This document shows, in pieces, positions 1 to 10,925 of a DNA stretch of 64,000 nucleotides. A program made the translations under genes and the position numbers. The notes under the pieces are model-generated. The model was given only the letters and a program-made list of their open reading frames with translations, did no database searches and was not told the DNA's origin. Where the stretch lies: assembly GCA_008933025.1 (NCBI GenBank), contig WBXI01000001.1, forward strand, positions 8,998 through 72,997, written 5' to 3'. This stretch comes from Verrucomicrobiota bacterium (GTDB lineage: Bacteria > Verrucomicrobiota > Verrucomicrobiia > Limisphaerales > UBA9464). Numbering within the stretch: the stretch's first letter is position 1; each line of letters starts with the position of its first letter.

Positions 1-297
1 GTCCGCGGCGTCCACCAAGGAGTCGAAACGGCAGCAGAAACAACCGCCGGCAATCTCCTCCGTCGCGAACCCGCGCGACCGCAACATCGCCGTGTCCACG
101 AGTTCGCTGCCCTGGTCGTTCGTGATCAATCCCACCCGCATCCCGGCACCCGCCAGTCGTTGCGCCAATGCCGCGACCGCCGTCGTTTTTCCCGCGCCGA
201 GAAAACCGCCGATCATGAAATAGCGCGCCGCGTGCCCGGGCGTCCCGGCCCCTTCGGCACCCGTGGCCACGTTGTTGCCGTCGGTTGGTTCGCTCAT
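1..297 (-). CDS. G3E-family P-loop GTPase (CobW/HypB/UreG-like metallochaperone), N-terminal part; gene runs off the window start
   Basis: Hand translation of minus strand from ATG at 297..295: MSEPTDGNNVATGAEGAGTPGHAARYFMIGGFLGAGKTTAVAALAQRLAGAGMRVGLITNDQGSELVDTAMLRSRGFATEEIAGGCFCCRFDSLVDAA. It has a Walker A GxxGAGKT, a UreG-like ITND motif and a GCxCC metal motif. Absent from the ORF track because there is no stop in the window. Its ATG overlaps the stop of the upstream GcvH-like ORF (ATGA). Confidence 0.6.
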   Translation of the reverse strand, partial: MSEPTDGNNVATGAEGAGTPGHAARYFMIGGFLGAGKTTAVAALAQRLAGAGMRVGLITNDQGSELVDTAMLRSRGFATEEIAGGCFCCRFDSLVDAAD

Positions 298-761
298 CCG
301 TGTTCCTCCGCCTGCTGCTTCGCCAGCATCCGGTCGATCGTCGCGTCCAGCAAATCCCGATATCCTTCCACCGTCAGGCACCGCGGATCCGGCTGGCCGT
401 CGAATTCGTAGAGCCATCCCGCGCCGTGCGGGTCGCGGCCCAGGGTCGACAGGTCGTCGCGCAATGCCGGATTGCCCCCGGCAAACGTTCCCGTCCCCAC
501 GCAATAGAGATCGCTCAAGGCCTTGAATCCTTCCACCGCGCCCAACACGTCCCCCGGCTGCACCGCGTCGCCCGCCGCGCGCTCGAACTGCACGTCCACC
601 AATTCCCCCAGCATCCGCAGCGCGAACTTGGTGTAGCCGACCCGCCAGCGCCCCGCCCCCATGTCGCACAGCCAGCAGTGGGAGGGGGAATAGCGGTGCG
701 CCGCCGGCAATTGGGCGGCGAACGTGGCACGTTTGTACGCGAGGGCGGGCGGCAAGCTCAT
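294..761 (-). CDS. glycine-cleavage H-protein family lipoyl-carrier protein
   Basis: 155 aa ORF. HCWL..VGYTKFALRMLGELVDVQF..GDVLGAVEGFKALSDLY..DPHGAGWLYEF matches the GcvH pattern, including the lipoyl-lysine context (VE-x-x-K-A-x-SD-x-Y). Confidence 0.7.
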   Translation of the reverse strand: MSLPPALAYKRATFAAQLPAAHRYSPSHCWLCDMGAGRWRVGYTKFALRMLGELVDVQFERAAGDAVQPGDVLGAVEGFKALSDLYCVGTGTFAGGNPALRDDLSTLGRDPHGAGWLYEFDGQPDPRCLTVEGYRDLLDATIDRMLAKQQAEEHG

Positions 762-849
762 CGGCTGACGTCCGCAACCTAGCCGGGCTTCGCGGACTGC
801 GGCAGGAGAATTCTCGCGGAAATCCGCCCGCCGCGCGCATCCTCCGCCC

Positions 850-1989
850 GTGACGTATTTCGATCACAACGCCACGCACCCGCTTTCGGCCGCCGCACGC
901 GGGGCCTGGATCGACGCCGCCACGCGCCTCGCCGCCAATCCTTCCGCACCCCACCGCGCCGGCGCCCGCGCCGCCGCGGCCATCGACGATGCCCGCGATC
1001 GCCTCGCCGCGTCGCTCGGTTGCCCGGCCCGCTCCTTGGTCTGGACTTCCGGCGCCACCGAGTCCGCCAATGCCGTCCTGCAGCACCTCGCCGGGGCATC
1101 CACCGCCGGGCTCTGGTTGTCCGCCGTCGAGCACCCCTGCTTCCTCGCCGCCGCCCAACGTTGGTTCCCCGGCCGGCACCGGTCCTTCCCGGTCCTTCCC
1201 GGCCTCGGCACCGCCGACCTCGGTTGGCTCGCCGACGCGCTGCGTCGCGAATCCCCCGCCGCCGTCGTCCTCATGGCCGCCAACAACGAGACCGGCGTGC
1301 TCCAACCCTGGCGGGAGGCACGCGACCTCTGCCGCGCCCACGGCGTCCCCTTCGTCTGCGACGCCGCCCAATGGACCGGCAAACTCGCGTCCCACGGCCT
1401 CGGGGAATGCGATTACGTCGTCGGATGCGCCCACAAGTTCGGCGGACCCGCGGGCGTCGGATGGATCCGTTGCCCCGACGGGTTCTCCCCGTCGATCGTC
1501 GGCGGGCCGCAGGAAGAAGGCCGCCGTGCGGGAACCGAGAACGTCGCGGGCATCGTGGCATCCGCCGCCGCCCTCACCGAACGCGACGACGCCATCGCGG
1601 CGACCGGCACGGCCGAACGCCTCGCGTGGCGCGACGGCTTCGCGGCGCGGTTGCTGGCCGCGTTGCCCGATGCCGTCGTGATCGGGGCCGACGCGCCCCG
1701 CCTCTGGAACACCGTCGCCGTCCTGATGCCGGCCACGGCCGATTGCCGGCGACGGTGGGTGGTGAAACTGGATCGGCTCGGCATCGCCGCCTCGACGGGC
1801 AGCGCCTGCTCGAGCGGCCGCGAAAAGCCGTCCCATGTCCTCGACGCCATGCGGGTGGGCACGGGCGCGTCGGACCGCATGCTGCGCTTCAGCGCGGGAT
1901 GGGAGACCACGGCCACGGACTGGGACATGTTGCTGGCCGCGGTGAACACGGCGGCGGCGGAATTGGGTGCCGCGCGGCCAAACCCTTGA
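850..1989 (+). CDS. cysteine desulfurase-like class V aminotransferase (NifS/IscS family)
   Basis: 379 aa, GTG start. YFDHNATHPL, ANNETGVLQPW, GCAHKFGGPAGVG (PLP-lysine region) and a C-terminal STGSACSSG catalytic-Cys loop. Confidence 0.8.
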   Translation: MTYFDHNATHPLSAAARGAWIDAATRLAANPSAPHRAGARAAAAIDDARDRLAASLGCPARSLVWTSGATESANAVLQHLAGASTAGLWLSAVEHPCFLAAAQRWFPGRHRSFPVLPGLGTADLGWLADALRRESPAAVVLMAANNETGVLQPWREARDLCRAHGVPFVCDAAQWTGKLASHGLGECDYVVGCAHKFGGPAGVGWIRCPDGFSPSIVGGPQEEGRRAGTENVAGIVASAAALTERDDAIAATGTAERLAWRDGFAARLLAALPDAVVIGADAPRLWNTVAVLMPATADCRRRWVVKLDRLGIAASTGSACSSGREKPSHVLDAMRVGTGASDRMLRFSAGWETTATDWDMLLAAVNTAAAELGAARPNP

Positions 1990-2049
1990 GGGCGCGGCCA
2001 ACGGATCGCGCGTCCGGATGGCCCGGACAGCCCCGTGCGCGGAGGCCGT

Positions 2050-4329
<2,280 letters not shown>

Positions 4330-4355
4330 GGGCGGCTTGGGGGGACGGATCGCGT

Positions 4356-4592
4356 TCAGCGCGGTTGCACGAGCACCAGATCGGCCTCGTGGCGACGGAG
4401 GGTGAGGTGGTAGCCGCGGACCTTGAGCTCGACGGGATCGCCGAGCGGCGCGAAGCGGACCAACTCCACCGGCGTGCCGACGAGCAATCCCATCTCGAGG
4501 AGACGGGCGCGGCGCTCGACCGGCACCTGGATCGAGGTGATCACCGCGGTGGTGCCGGGGGCGAGGGAAGACAATGTCTGCGGGCCGCTCAT
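4356..4592 (-). CDS. feoA: FeoA-domain protein
   Basis: 78 aa from an internal ATG of the 4356..5201 ORF: [70 protein letters not shown]. This is a FeoA SH3-like pattern, 26 nt upstream of feoB. Confidence 0.85.
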   Translation of the reverse strand: MSGPQTLSSLAPGTTAVITSIQVPVERRARLLEMGLLVGTPVELVRFAPLGDPVELKVRGYHLTLRRHEADLVLVQPR

Positions 4593-4630
4593 GGGAGGCT
4601 GTCGACCGGCGGGAGACCGACGACGCGGCT

Positions 4631-4927
4631 TCAGGCCGCGAGCCGGACGGATCCGACGGGCTCGACGAGGATATGCTCGGCCAAACGGGCGCTCAGACCG
4701 AGCCTCGAATTGCAGACTTGGCAAAGCAGGTTGGATTGCAGCGTGATCACGCGGACCCGCTGTTCCTCGCCGAACCCCATCTCGCGGAGGCGTTGGTTGA
4801 TCTCGGGTGTCGAGGTGAGCTGTTTGACGGCCACCGTGGAACCGGCGCCGACACGGCTCAATGGGCACAACGACGGGATCCGGCAGGAATCCGGTCGGCA
4901 TGCGGGCACGGGGCACGGGAGGCTCAC
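4631..4927 (-). CDS. second FeoA-domain protein (start uncertain; possible Cys-rich N-terminal extension)
   Basis: The 98 aa ORF ends ..[62 protein letters not shown] (FeoA pattern). The N-terminal 24 aa [24 protein letters not shown] may or may not be translated; in-frame TTG alternatives exist. Confidence 0.65.
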   Translation of the reverse strand: MSLPCPVPACRPDSCRIPSLCPLSRVGAGSTVAVKQLTSTPEINQRLREMGFGEEQRVRVITLQSNLLCQVCNSRLGLSARLAEHILVEPVGSVRLAA

Positions 4928-5215
4928 GATGGTCGGAGGCTATGGAAGCGGCCCCCGGCGGGCAAGGCGCCGGGTTGTCGCCGGCTTGCCATCCTTTGTT
5001 GCCGCCTTGTGGCCGCCCCGCGCGCGCCACGACGCCGCGGATACCGACAACGCCGGGTCGGCCATCCGCGCCCGCGCGGACGAGAGGGGCCCGCCTCCGG
5101 CCGGACGCCGCTCGCCTTGCGGTTCCCGGCTTTGCTGTTAGCTTCAACGCGCTTCCGGGCGGGGGCCAGCCCACCGACCGGTCGTCGCAAGCAACACGCA
5201 CCGTCCCCGATTTTT

Positions 5216-5842
5216 ATGGCACACGAACTCGCACCCCTGCCCTATCCCAAGGAAGCCCTCGAACCGTACATCGATACGGCCACGATGGAGATCCACCACG
5301 GCCGCCATCACAAGGCCTACGTGGACAATCTCAACAAGGCGATCGCCGGCAACGCCGCGCTCGAGGCGAAGTCCCTCGAGGCACTGATCGGCGACCTTGC
5401 GTCCGTTCCCGAAAACATCCGCGGCCCCGTCCGGAACAACGGCGGCGGGCACTGGAACCACACCTTCTTCTGGAATCTCCTCGGACCCGGCAAAGGCGGA
5501 GCGCCCACGGGCGAACTCGCCGCGGCGATCACCGCCGCGTTCGGCACCTTCGACGCCTTCAAGGAGAAGTTCGAGGCCGCCGGCCTCGGACGCTTTGGCT
5601 CCGGATGGGCCTGGCTCGTCGTGAACGGCGGCCAACTCGCCATCGTCTCCACGCCGAACCAAGACAACCCGCTCATGGGCAAGGCCATCTCGGGCGTCGA
5701 AGGAACCCCGATCCTCGGCATCGATGTCTGGGAGCATGCCTATTACCTCAAATACCAGAACAAGCGCGCCGACTATCTCAAGGCCATCTGGAACGTCGTC
5801 GACTGGAGCAAGGTCGAAGCGCTCCGCGCCGCCGCGCGCTGA
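5216..5842 (+). CDS. Fe/Mn superoxide dismutase
   Basis: 208 aa from the ATG at 5216 (internal to the 422 aa track ORF): [56 protein letters not shown]. Canonical Fe/Mn SOD motifs. Confidence 0.95.
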   Translation: MAHELAPLPYPKEALEPYIDTATMEIHHGRHHKAYVDNLNKAIAGNAALEAKSLEALIGDLASVPENIRGPVRNNGGGHWNHTFFWNLLGPGKGGAPTGELAAAITAAFGTFDAFKEKFEAAGLGRFGSGWAWLVVNGGQLAIVSTPNQDNPLMGKAISGVEGTPILGIDVWEHAYYLKYQNKRADYLKAIWNVVDWSKVEALRAAAR

Positions 5843-5868
5843 TCCCGCTTCGATTCCACGTCGAGCGA

Positions 5869-5900
5869 TGCCGGCCCGGGTTTCCCGTGGCCGGCATTTT
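5869..5900 (+). terminator. putative intrinsic terminator after SOD gene
   Basis: TGCCGGCCCGGG-ttt-CCCGtGGCCGGCA stem-loop followed by TTTTCA. It overlaps the stop codon of the convergent acyltransferase gene. Confidence 0.6.
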
Positions 5901-7057
5901 CATTGGGCGACCGACGTTTCCGCCGGCGCGGCGGCGTGCCGGAACCGGGAACGCATCCGCAGGAAGGGACGTTCCACCAGATAGTGGCTCGTGGTTGCGG
6001 CCGCCAGGGACCAGCCGAGATTCCACGGAAATGTCTGGAAGACCGCCGGCAGCAGTTCCCCCGAAAACGGCTGCTGCCACAGGTAGAGGCTGAAGGAGAT
6101 CTGGCCGAGCCAGCGCAGGACCGGATGTTCCAGGGCGCGATGGAGCCGGGACCCTCCACCCGCGGCCGCCCAAGCCACCACGCAGACCAGCCCGAGGCAC
6201 TCCACCGAGATTCGAGTCACCGTCAGGACACGCCACACCGGACCCGTGGAAGGCCCATGGATTCCCACCAGTTCCAAAGCCAACAGCAGTCCCAGACACG
6301 GCAGTCCCGCCCAACCCACCCACGTGCGGATCCGCTCCATTCCCCAGCGATCCCGGGCCACTGCGAGAAGCGCGCCGCACAGGATGTAGTCCGCGATGAG
6401 ATCGGTCCGCCAGTGGTTCATGCCGCCGACCCCGAACCGGTACATGTTGCACACCCTCCAGACCGGCAGGATGGCCAACAGCGCCAGGAGCGGCCCGAAG
6501 CGTTTCCCGCGCCCCAGCCAGACAAAGAGTGCCGGCCACACGAGGTAGAAATGTTCCTCCACCGACAGGCTCCAGAAGTGCGCGGTGTAGTGCCGGATCT
6601 TCGCGTAGGCATCCACGCCCGTCATCGACCACGGGTGATCGTAGAGATTCCGGAACCAGAATCCGGCCGCGAGGAAATCCATGCCCCGGACGTGCAATCC
6701 CGCCAACCGGTTGACAACCGCCATTCCCAACAGGAACACCAGCGAGGCCGGCAGGATCCGCAACGCGCGGCGCGCGTAGAATCGGGGCAGGCTTACCGAA
6801 CCGTTGCCATGCTCCTCGCCGACCATCAGCGCGGTGATCAGGAACCCGCTCAGCACGAAAAACAGCGGCACGCTCAGCCCTCGCCAGATGTCGACGGCCT
6901 CCACCAACGCCGCCGGACCGGGAAAACCCGGCATCTTCGTCGAATGCCCGATCGTAACTCCCAACGCCGCCAAAGCCCGCAGGCCGTCCAACCCGGGGAT
7001 CCGATCCGGGGAACAAGACTTCCCCGCCGTCGCCGTGGTTGCGGTGGGGTCAGCCAT
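5900..7057 (-). CDS. acyltransferase family 3 (membrane O-acyltransferase)
   Basis: Start chosen at the MADPTATT ATG (7057), 2 nt after the GT9 stop. IPGLDGLRALAALGVTIGH and FFVLSGFLIT motifs plus a multi-TM body. Confidence 0.8.
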   Translation of the reverse strand: MADPTATTATAGKSCSPDRIPGLDGLRALAALGVTIGHSTKMPGFPGPAALVEAVDIWRGLSVPLFFVLSGFLITALMVGEEHGNGSVSLPRFYARRALRILPASLVFLLGMAVVNRLAGLHVRGMDFLAAGFWFRNLYDHPWSMTGVDAYAKIRHYTAHFWSLSVEEHFYLVWPALFVWLGRGKRFGPLLALLAILPVWRVCNMYRFGVGGMNHWRTDLIADYILCGALLAVARDRWGMERIRTWVGWAGLPCLGLLLALELVGIHGPSTGPVWRVLTVTRISVECLGLVCVVAWAAAGGGSRLHRALEHPVLRWLGQISFSLYLWQQPFSGELLPAVFQTFPWNLGWSLAAATTSHYLVERPFLRMRSRFRHAAAPAETSVAQ

Positions 7058-8273
7058 GCTTGCCTCCGGGTACGAACCGCGATGTCTCCGCGTGCAGGGA
7101 TTCCACCGCATGCCAAACGTCGTCCACCGTCACCCGCCCTATCTGCACCATCGGAGGCAGTCCCGGCTCGGCGGGTTGCACGATGCGCCGGTGGGCGCAG
7201 AATGGGCCGATCCGCATCGGCGTCCCCCCGACCGCCGGGGACACGTCCGCCGGCCATCCCACGATCTCCACCACGGGGACTCCCACCGCGGCCGCCACGT
7301 GCATCGGGCCCGTATCGTTCCCGACATACAGCCGGCAACGCGACAGCAGCGACGCCGTCGCCGGAAGACTCAACCGGCCCGTGAGATCGAGGACCCCTTC
7401 CCCGATTTCCCGTGCCAGTCGCCCCGCCGGATCCGACAGATCCCCGCCGCCCACCAACACCAGCGACCAACCGCGGGCCCGCATCCGGCGGGCGATTTCC
7501 ACGAACCGTTCCAACGGCCAAAGCTTCTCGCGCTGGGATGCGCCGACTCCCAGGGCGACCCATCCGCCATTGCCGAAGGTCGCGGGAACCATGGTCGACG
7601 CCTCGCGGTCGGCGGTGGCCGACCAATGCAACTCCAGCCGGGGATCCGCCGCGCCCGCGCCCAGCGCCCGCAGGAATCGCGCGCACGATTCCGCCTCGTG
7701 TTCCCCCACCGGCGTCTCTTCCACCCGCGTCAGCAAACCCCATCCGGCCCCCGCCGGATCCGATGCCGCGTCCCGCCGACCGACCCGGACCGGGGCACCC
7801 GAGAACAGCGCGAGGAATCGGGCCTCGAAAAGCGAGAATGCGGCCTGCGGCACCAACACCGCCTGGAACCGACGCGGCCATAGTTCCCGACGCGCGAACC
7901 GCCATGCCGCCCAAATGTTCCGGTGGAGCATCCACCGGGACGAAAACACGACGGGGAATCCCACCACCCCGTCGACGTGCGGACACGCCGCCATCGCCTC
8001 GACCCACTCGGGCCGCGTGACCAAGGTGATGTGGGCGCGTGGCGCCGCCCTGCGCAATTCCCTCAGGAATCCAGTCGTCACCACGAGGTCGCCCAACCCG
8101 TCGTGCCGGATCACCGCCAGTCGCTCGATCGCGCCGAATCCCTCCCATGTCCCGCTGCCGCCAAGACCTCGCAGGCGCAGGGCGACCCGGGCCACGGGAC
8201 CGACGAATCCCGGCGACGCCAAGGCCTGTACTCCTTGCCGCCAACATGCACGCAGGACCGCCCCCCCGCTCAT
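7050..8273 (-). CDS. glycosyltransferase family 9 (LPS heptosyltransferase-like)
   Basis: C-terminal 407 aa of the 992 aa track ORF, starting at MSGGAVLRAC (ATG 8273, ATGA overlap with the ABC stop). IRHDGLGDLVVTTGFLRELR, GASQREKLWP and YVGNDTGPMHVAAAVGVPVV are typical GT9. Confidence 0.8.
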   Translation of the reverse strand: MSGGAVLRACWRQGVQALASPGFVGPVARVALRLRGLGGSGTWEGFGAIERLAVIRHDGLGDLVVTTGFLRELRRAAPRAHITLVTRPEWVEAMAACPHVDGVVGFPVVFSSRWMLHRNIWAAWRFARRELWPRRFQAVLVPQAAFSLFEARFLALFSGAPVRVGRRDAASDPAGAGWGLLTRVEETPVGEHEAESCARFLRALGAGAADPRLELHWSATADREASTMVPATFGNGGWVALGVGASQREKLWPLERFVEIARRMRARGWSLVLVGGGDLSDPAGRLAREIGEGVLDLTGRLSLPATASLLSRCRLYVGNDTGPMHVAAAVGVPVVEIVGWPADVSPAVGGTPMRIGPFCAHRRIVQPAEPGLPPMVQIGRVTVDDVWHAVESLHAETSRFVPGGKHG

Positions 8274-10141
8274 GTCGCCTCCCCGGCCAAATGGCCGTCG
8301 CGCGCCGCGGCCACCAACCGACGGAACGGTCCTTCCGCCGTTTCCAAGCTGGCCCACGTCCCCTGCTGCACCACCCGCCCGTGATCCAGCACCACGATCG
8401 TGTCCGCCGACCGCACCGTGGAGAGGCGGTGCGCGATCACCAGGGTGGTGCGGCCTTGGCGGGCTTGGTCCAACGCCGCCTGCACCTGCCGTTCCGAGAT
8501 GTTGTCGAGCGCGGATGTCGCCTCGTCGAGCACCAGCAACAGGGGCTGCCGCACCATCGCCCGCGCGATCGCCAGGCGTTGGCGCTGGCCGCCGGAGAGC
8601 GACGTCCCGCGCTCGCCGACCACCGACTCCAGACCGTTCGGAAGCGCCGTCACCACGTCGTCGAGCCGCGCCATGCGGACTGCCGACGCGATCTCCGCGT
8701 CGGACGCCTGCGGATGGCCGAGGCAAATGTTTCGGCGCACGCTCTCGTGAAACAAGAAAGCCTCCTGCTCGACCACCCCCAGCCGCCGGTGCCACGTTTC
8801 GGGGGAAAATTCCCAGTGGTCCATGCCGTCGATCCGGATCGAGCCGGAGGTCGCTTCCCGCAACCGGATCAACACGCTGGCCAGCGTCGACTTGCCGGAG
8901 CCGGAAGCCCCGACCACGGCGACGGTATGCCCGGCCGGGACCGAGAACGACACGCCGTCCAGTGCCAACGTCCCGTTCGGGTAGCGGAACGTCACCGCAT
9001 CGAACCGGAGTTCCGACCGGATCGCTTCCATCGGCCGGTCGCCGAAGGGCCGCAGCGGGTATTGCGGGACGTTGAGCCACTTTTCCACCTCGCGGACGCC
9101 CGCGAGGTTGTAGGACAGCTGCCCGGTGAATCCGTGGAGTTGGTTCACCAGCGGCAACAACCGGATCAGGAGGAACCCCAGCAGCATCAGTTTCACCGGC
9201 GCCAGATGCCCCGGAACGATGAGGAAATGGTAGGTGCCGATGAGGATGACCATCGCGCCGGCAATGCCCGCGGTCTCGGTCAACGGCGCGAGGATCGAAT
9301 TGTAGAACGACCCGCGGCGCTCGGTCCGCCCGATGGCGGTGCTGGCCTCGTCGTACCGCTCGGTGATCTCGCCGCGCGCATGGGTGGCGCGAATGACCCG
9401 CATGCCCGCGAACGCCTCGACCAAGGTGCCCGCCAGGCTTCGGAAGAGTTCGCCCCGTTGGTTGCCCTGCACCTCCAGCCCCCTGTGGATGCGCCCGGTC
9501 AGCAGCGCGATCAAGGCCACCAGAACGACGAATGAGAGGGCCACCGCCCAAGACGTGTACACGATGTACCCGCCGAGAAAGAGGGCCATCGTGAGCCGCT
9601 GGATGAATCCGAACAGGAAGTCCACGGCATTCATCGTCCGCACCGTTTCCACGGTGAACACCGACGAGATTTCGCCCGCCTTGTGGCTTTCGAAGATATG
9701 GAGCGGCGCCGCCTGCAGACGATCGTAGAGTCCGCGCCTGAGGTTGACGGCGCCACGGCTCATCATCCGGGCACCGAGGTTGGCGCTGACAAACTGGGTG
9801 ACGTTCTTCAGCCCTATGGCGACGACGATCAACCCGCAGAACAACTTGAAATAGAAAGCGTCGGTCTGGTTGGGAAACCATTCGGCCAACCGGTGGAGCA
9901 TGCCTCCCACCAGCAGTTTTCGCCCTTCCCCCTGCAGGAACGAAAGCATCGGGAGCAACAGTCCCACGCCGGCCACCTCCAGCGGGGCGCTCAGCAGGTT
10001 GCACAAGAGCACGCCGAGAAGGAGCCATCGCCCGAGGCGAAGATGGCGGCGCAGCCGGACCAGGCAGCCGACGAGCTCGCTGAGTACCTGAATGATTTGC
10101 TTCACGGTCGACTCAACCCGCCTGCCAGAGCCACCAGCCAC
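8270..10141 (-). CDS. ABC exporter, fused permease/ATPase (MsbA-like)
   Basis: 623 aa. Six-TM N-terminal half, then GASGSGKSTL (Walker A), LSGGQRQRLAIARA (signature) and LLVLDEATSALD (Walker B). The start may be a few codons downstream. Confidence 0.85.
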   Translation of the reverse strand: MAGGSGRRVESTVKQIIQVLSELVGCLVRLRRHLRLGRWLLLGVLLCNLLSAPLEVAGVGLLLPMLSFLQGEGRKLLVGGMLHRLAEWFPNQTDAFYFKLFCGLIVVAIGLKNVTQFVSANLGARMMSRGAVNLRRGLYDRLQAAPLHIFESHKAGEISSVFTVETVRTMNAVDFLFGFIQRLTMALFLGGYIVYTSWAVALSFVVLVALIALLTGRIHRGLEVQGNQRGELFRSLAGTLVEAFAGMRVIRATHARGEITERYDEASTAIGRTERRGSFYNSILAPLTETAGIAGAMVILIGTYHFLIVPGHLAPVKLMLLGFLLIRLLPLVNQLHGFTGQLSYNLAGVREVEKWLNVPQYPLRPFGDRPMEAIRSELRFDAVTFRYPNGTLALDGVSFSVPAGHTVAVVGASGSGKSTLASVLIRLREATSGSIRIDGMDHWEFSPETWHRRLGVVEQEAFLFHESVRRNICLGHPQASDAEIASAVRMARLDDVVTALPNGLESVVGERGTSLSGGQRQRLAIARAMVRQPLLLVLDEATSALDNISERQVQAALDQARQGRTTLVIAHRLSTVRSADTIVVLDHGRVVQQGTWASLETAEGPFRRLVAAARDGHLAGEAT

Positions 10142-10796
10142 CGACGCCGAGCGCCGCGGTTGCCGAGGCGTACATCAGGCCCCGGTAGGCCTCGAGATGG
10201 CTCAGGGCGAACCAACCGGCCACCCGCCCGAACACCGCCGCGAACCCCGACATCGCGGCGACCGTCCCCAGGCCGAAAGCCAGGAGGTATGCGCCGGCGT
10301 GCCACGCGTCGGGCAACGCGAGGGCCGGCAGGACGCCGAAGAAATGGGAACTGCCCGCCAGTCCGTGGAGCGTCCCGATCCCGAAAGCCGCGTGGGTGTG
10401 CCGATGCACGGCCGTCCCGACGGGGCTGCGTCCGGATTCGGGCGGTGCATGGAGATGCACGTGCTGGTGCGTTTGGCCGCCGTGCTCGTGCCAATGGGTG
10501 TGGATCCGTATCCGCAGGGCGCGTCGCACCGCCCAAAGCCCCACCCCGACCAACACCACCCCCACCAACCGCTCGCTCCACGCGGAAATCCGCTCGAGCG
10601 GCATAGCCTCCCGCAGCGCGAATGCCATCAGGCCCACCACCGCGACGCCCGCGCTGTGGCCCAGACCCCAGCGAAACCCGGAACGCCAGGAATCGCGGTG
10701 GGATTCCACGGCCAGAGGCGTCACCGCGGCAAGGTGATCGGGCCCCGAGAGCACGTGGGTGAAACCCGCCAGGAATCCTGTGAACGCCACGAGCAT
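10113..10796 (-). CDS. HupE/UreJ-like (or NicO-like) Ni/Co-type metal transporter with His-rich loop
   Basis: Start taken at MLVAFTGFLAG, because the 10862 start would sit inside the groEL terminator. It has GFTHVLSGPDH (H-x3-G-x-DH as in HupE/UreJ), a central loop IHTHWHEHGGQTHQHVHLH..HRHTH, and a second repeat half LHGLAGSSHFFG. Confidence 0.6.
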   Translation of the reverse strand: MLVAFTGFLAGFTHVLSGPDHLAAVTPLAVESHRDSWRSGFRWGLGHSAGVAVVGLMAFALREAMPLERISAWSERLVGVVLVGVGLWAVRRALRIRIHTHWHEHGGQTHQHVHLHAPPESGRSPVGTAVHRHTHAAFGIGTLHGLAGSSHFFGVLPALALPDAWHAGAYLLAFGLGTVAAMSGFAAVFGRVAGWFALSHLEAYRGLMYASATAALGVGGWWLWQAG

Positions 10797-10860
10797 GTTG
10801 GGCGCGCAGTGTGGGCGGCCCCGCCCCGAGGGCAAGCATTGTCCCGCGACCACCCGACAC

Positions 10861-10892
10861 AAAAAAGGGCGCGGCCAGATTGGCCGCGCCCC
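10861..10892 (-). terminator. intrinsic terminator after groEL
   Basis: Minus strand reads GGGGCGCGGCC-aatct-GGCCGCGCCC followed by TTTTTTGTG, 34 nt after the groEL stop. Confidence 0.85.
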
Positions 10893-10925
10893 CGTGCAGG
10901 GAACTTTCCGGAATCCGTTGCCGGA

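Noticed and set aside
1181-1200. 10-bp tandem duplication GGTCCTTCCC x2 inside the cysteine desulfurase gene, a possible frameshift or pseudogene
   Set aside because: The reading frame is continuous, and family motifs are present on both sides (ANNETG downstream, YFDHNATHPL upstream). It encodes ..RSFPVLPG.. and is not a disruption.
4574-5215. 214-codon N-terminal extension of the SOD ORF
   Set aside because: It overlaps the feoA genes on the opposite strand and has no SOD homology. The canonical SOD N-terminus [10 protein letters not shown] begins at 5216.
8274-10028. N-terminal two-thirds of the 992-aa ORF 7050..10028 (-)
   Set aside because: It is Arg/Gly/Pro-rich and occupies a different frame of the well-supported ABC exporter gene on the same strand. 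Only the C-terminal 407 aa (GT9) show family motifs, and an ATG with an ATGA overlap sits at 8273.
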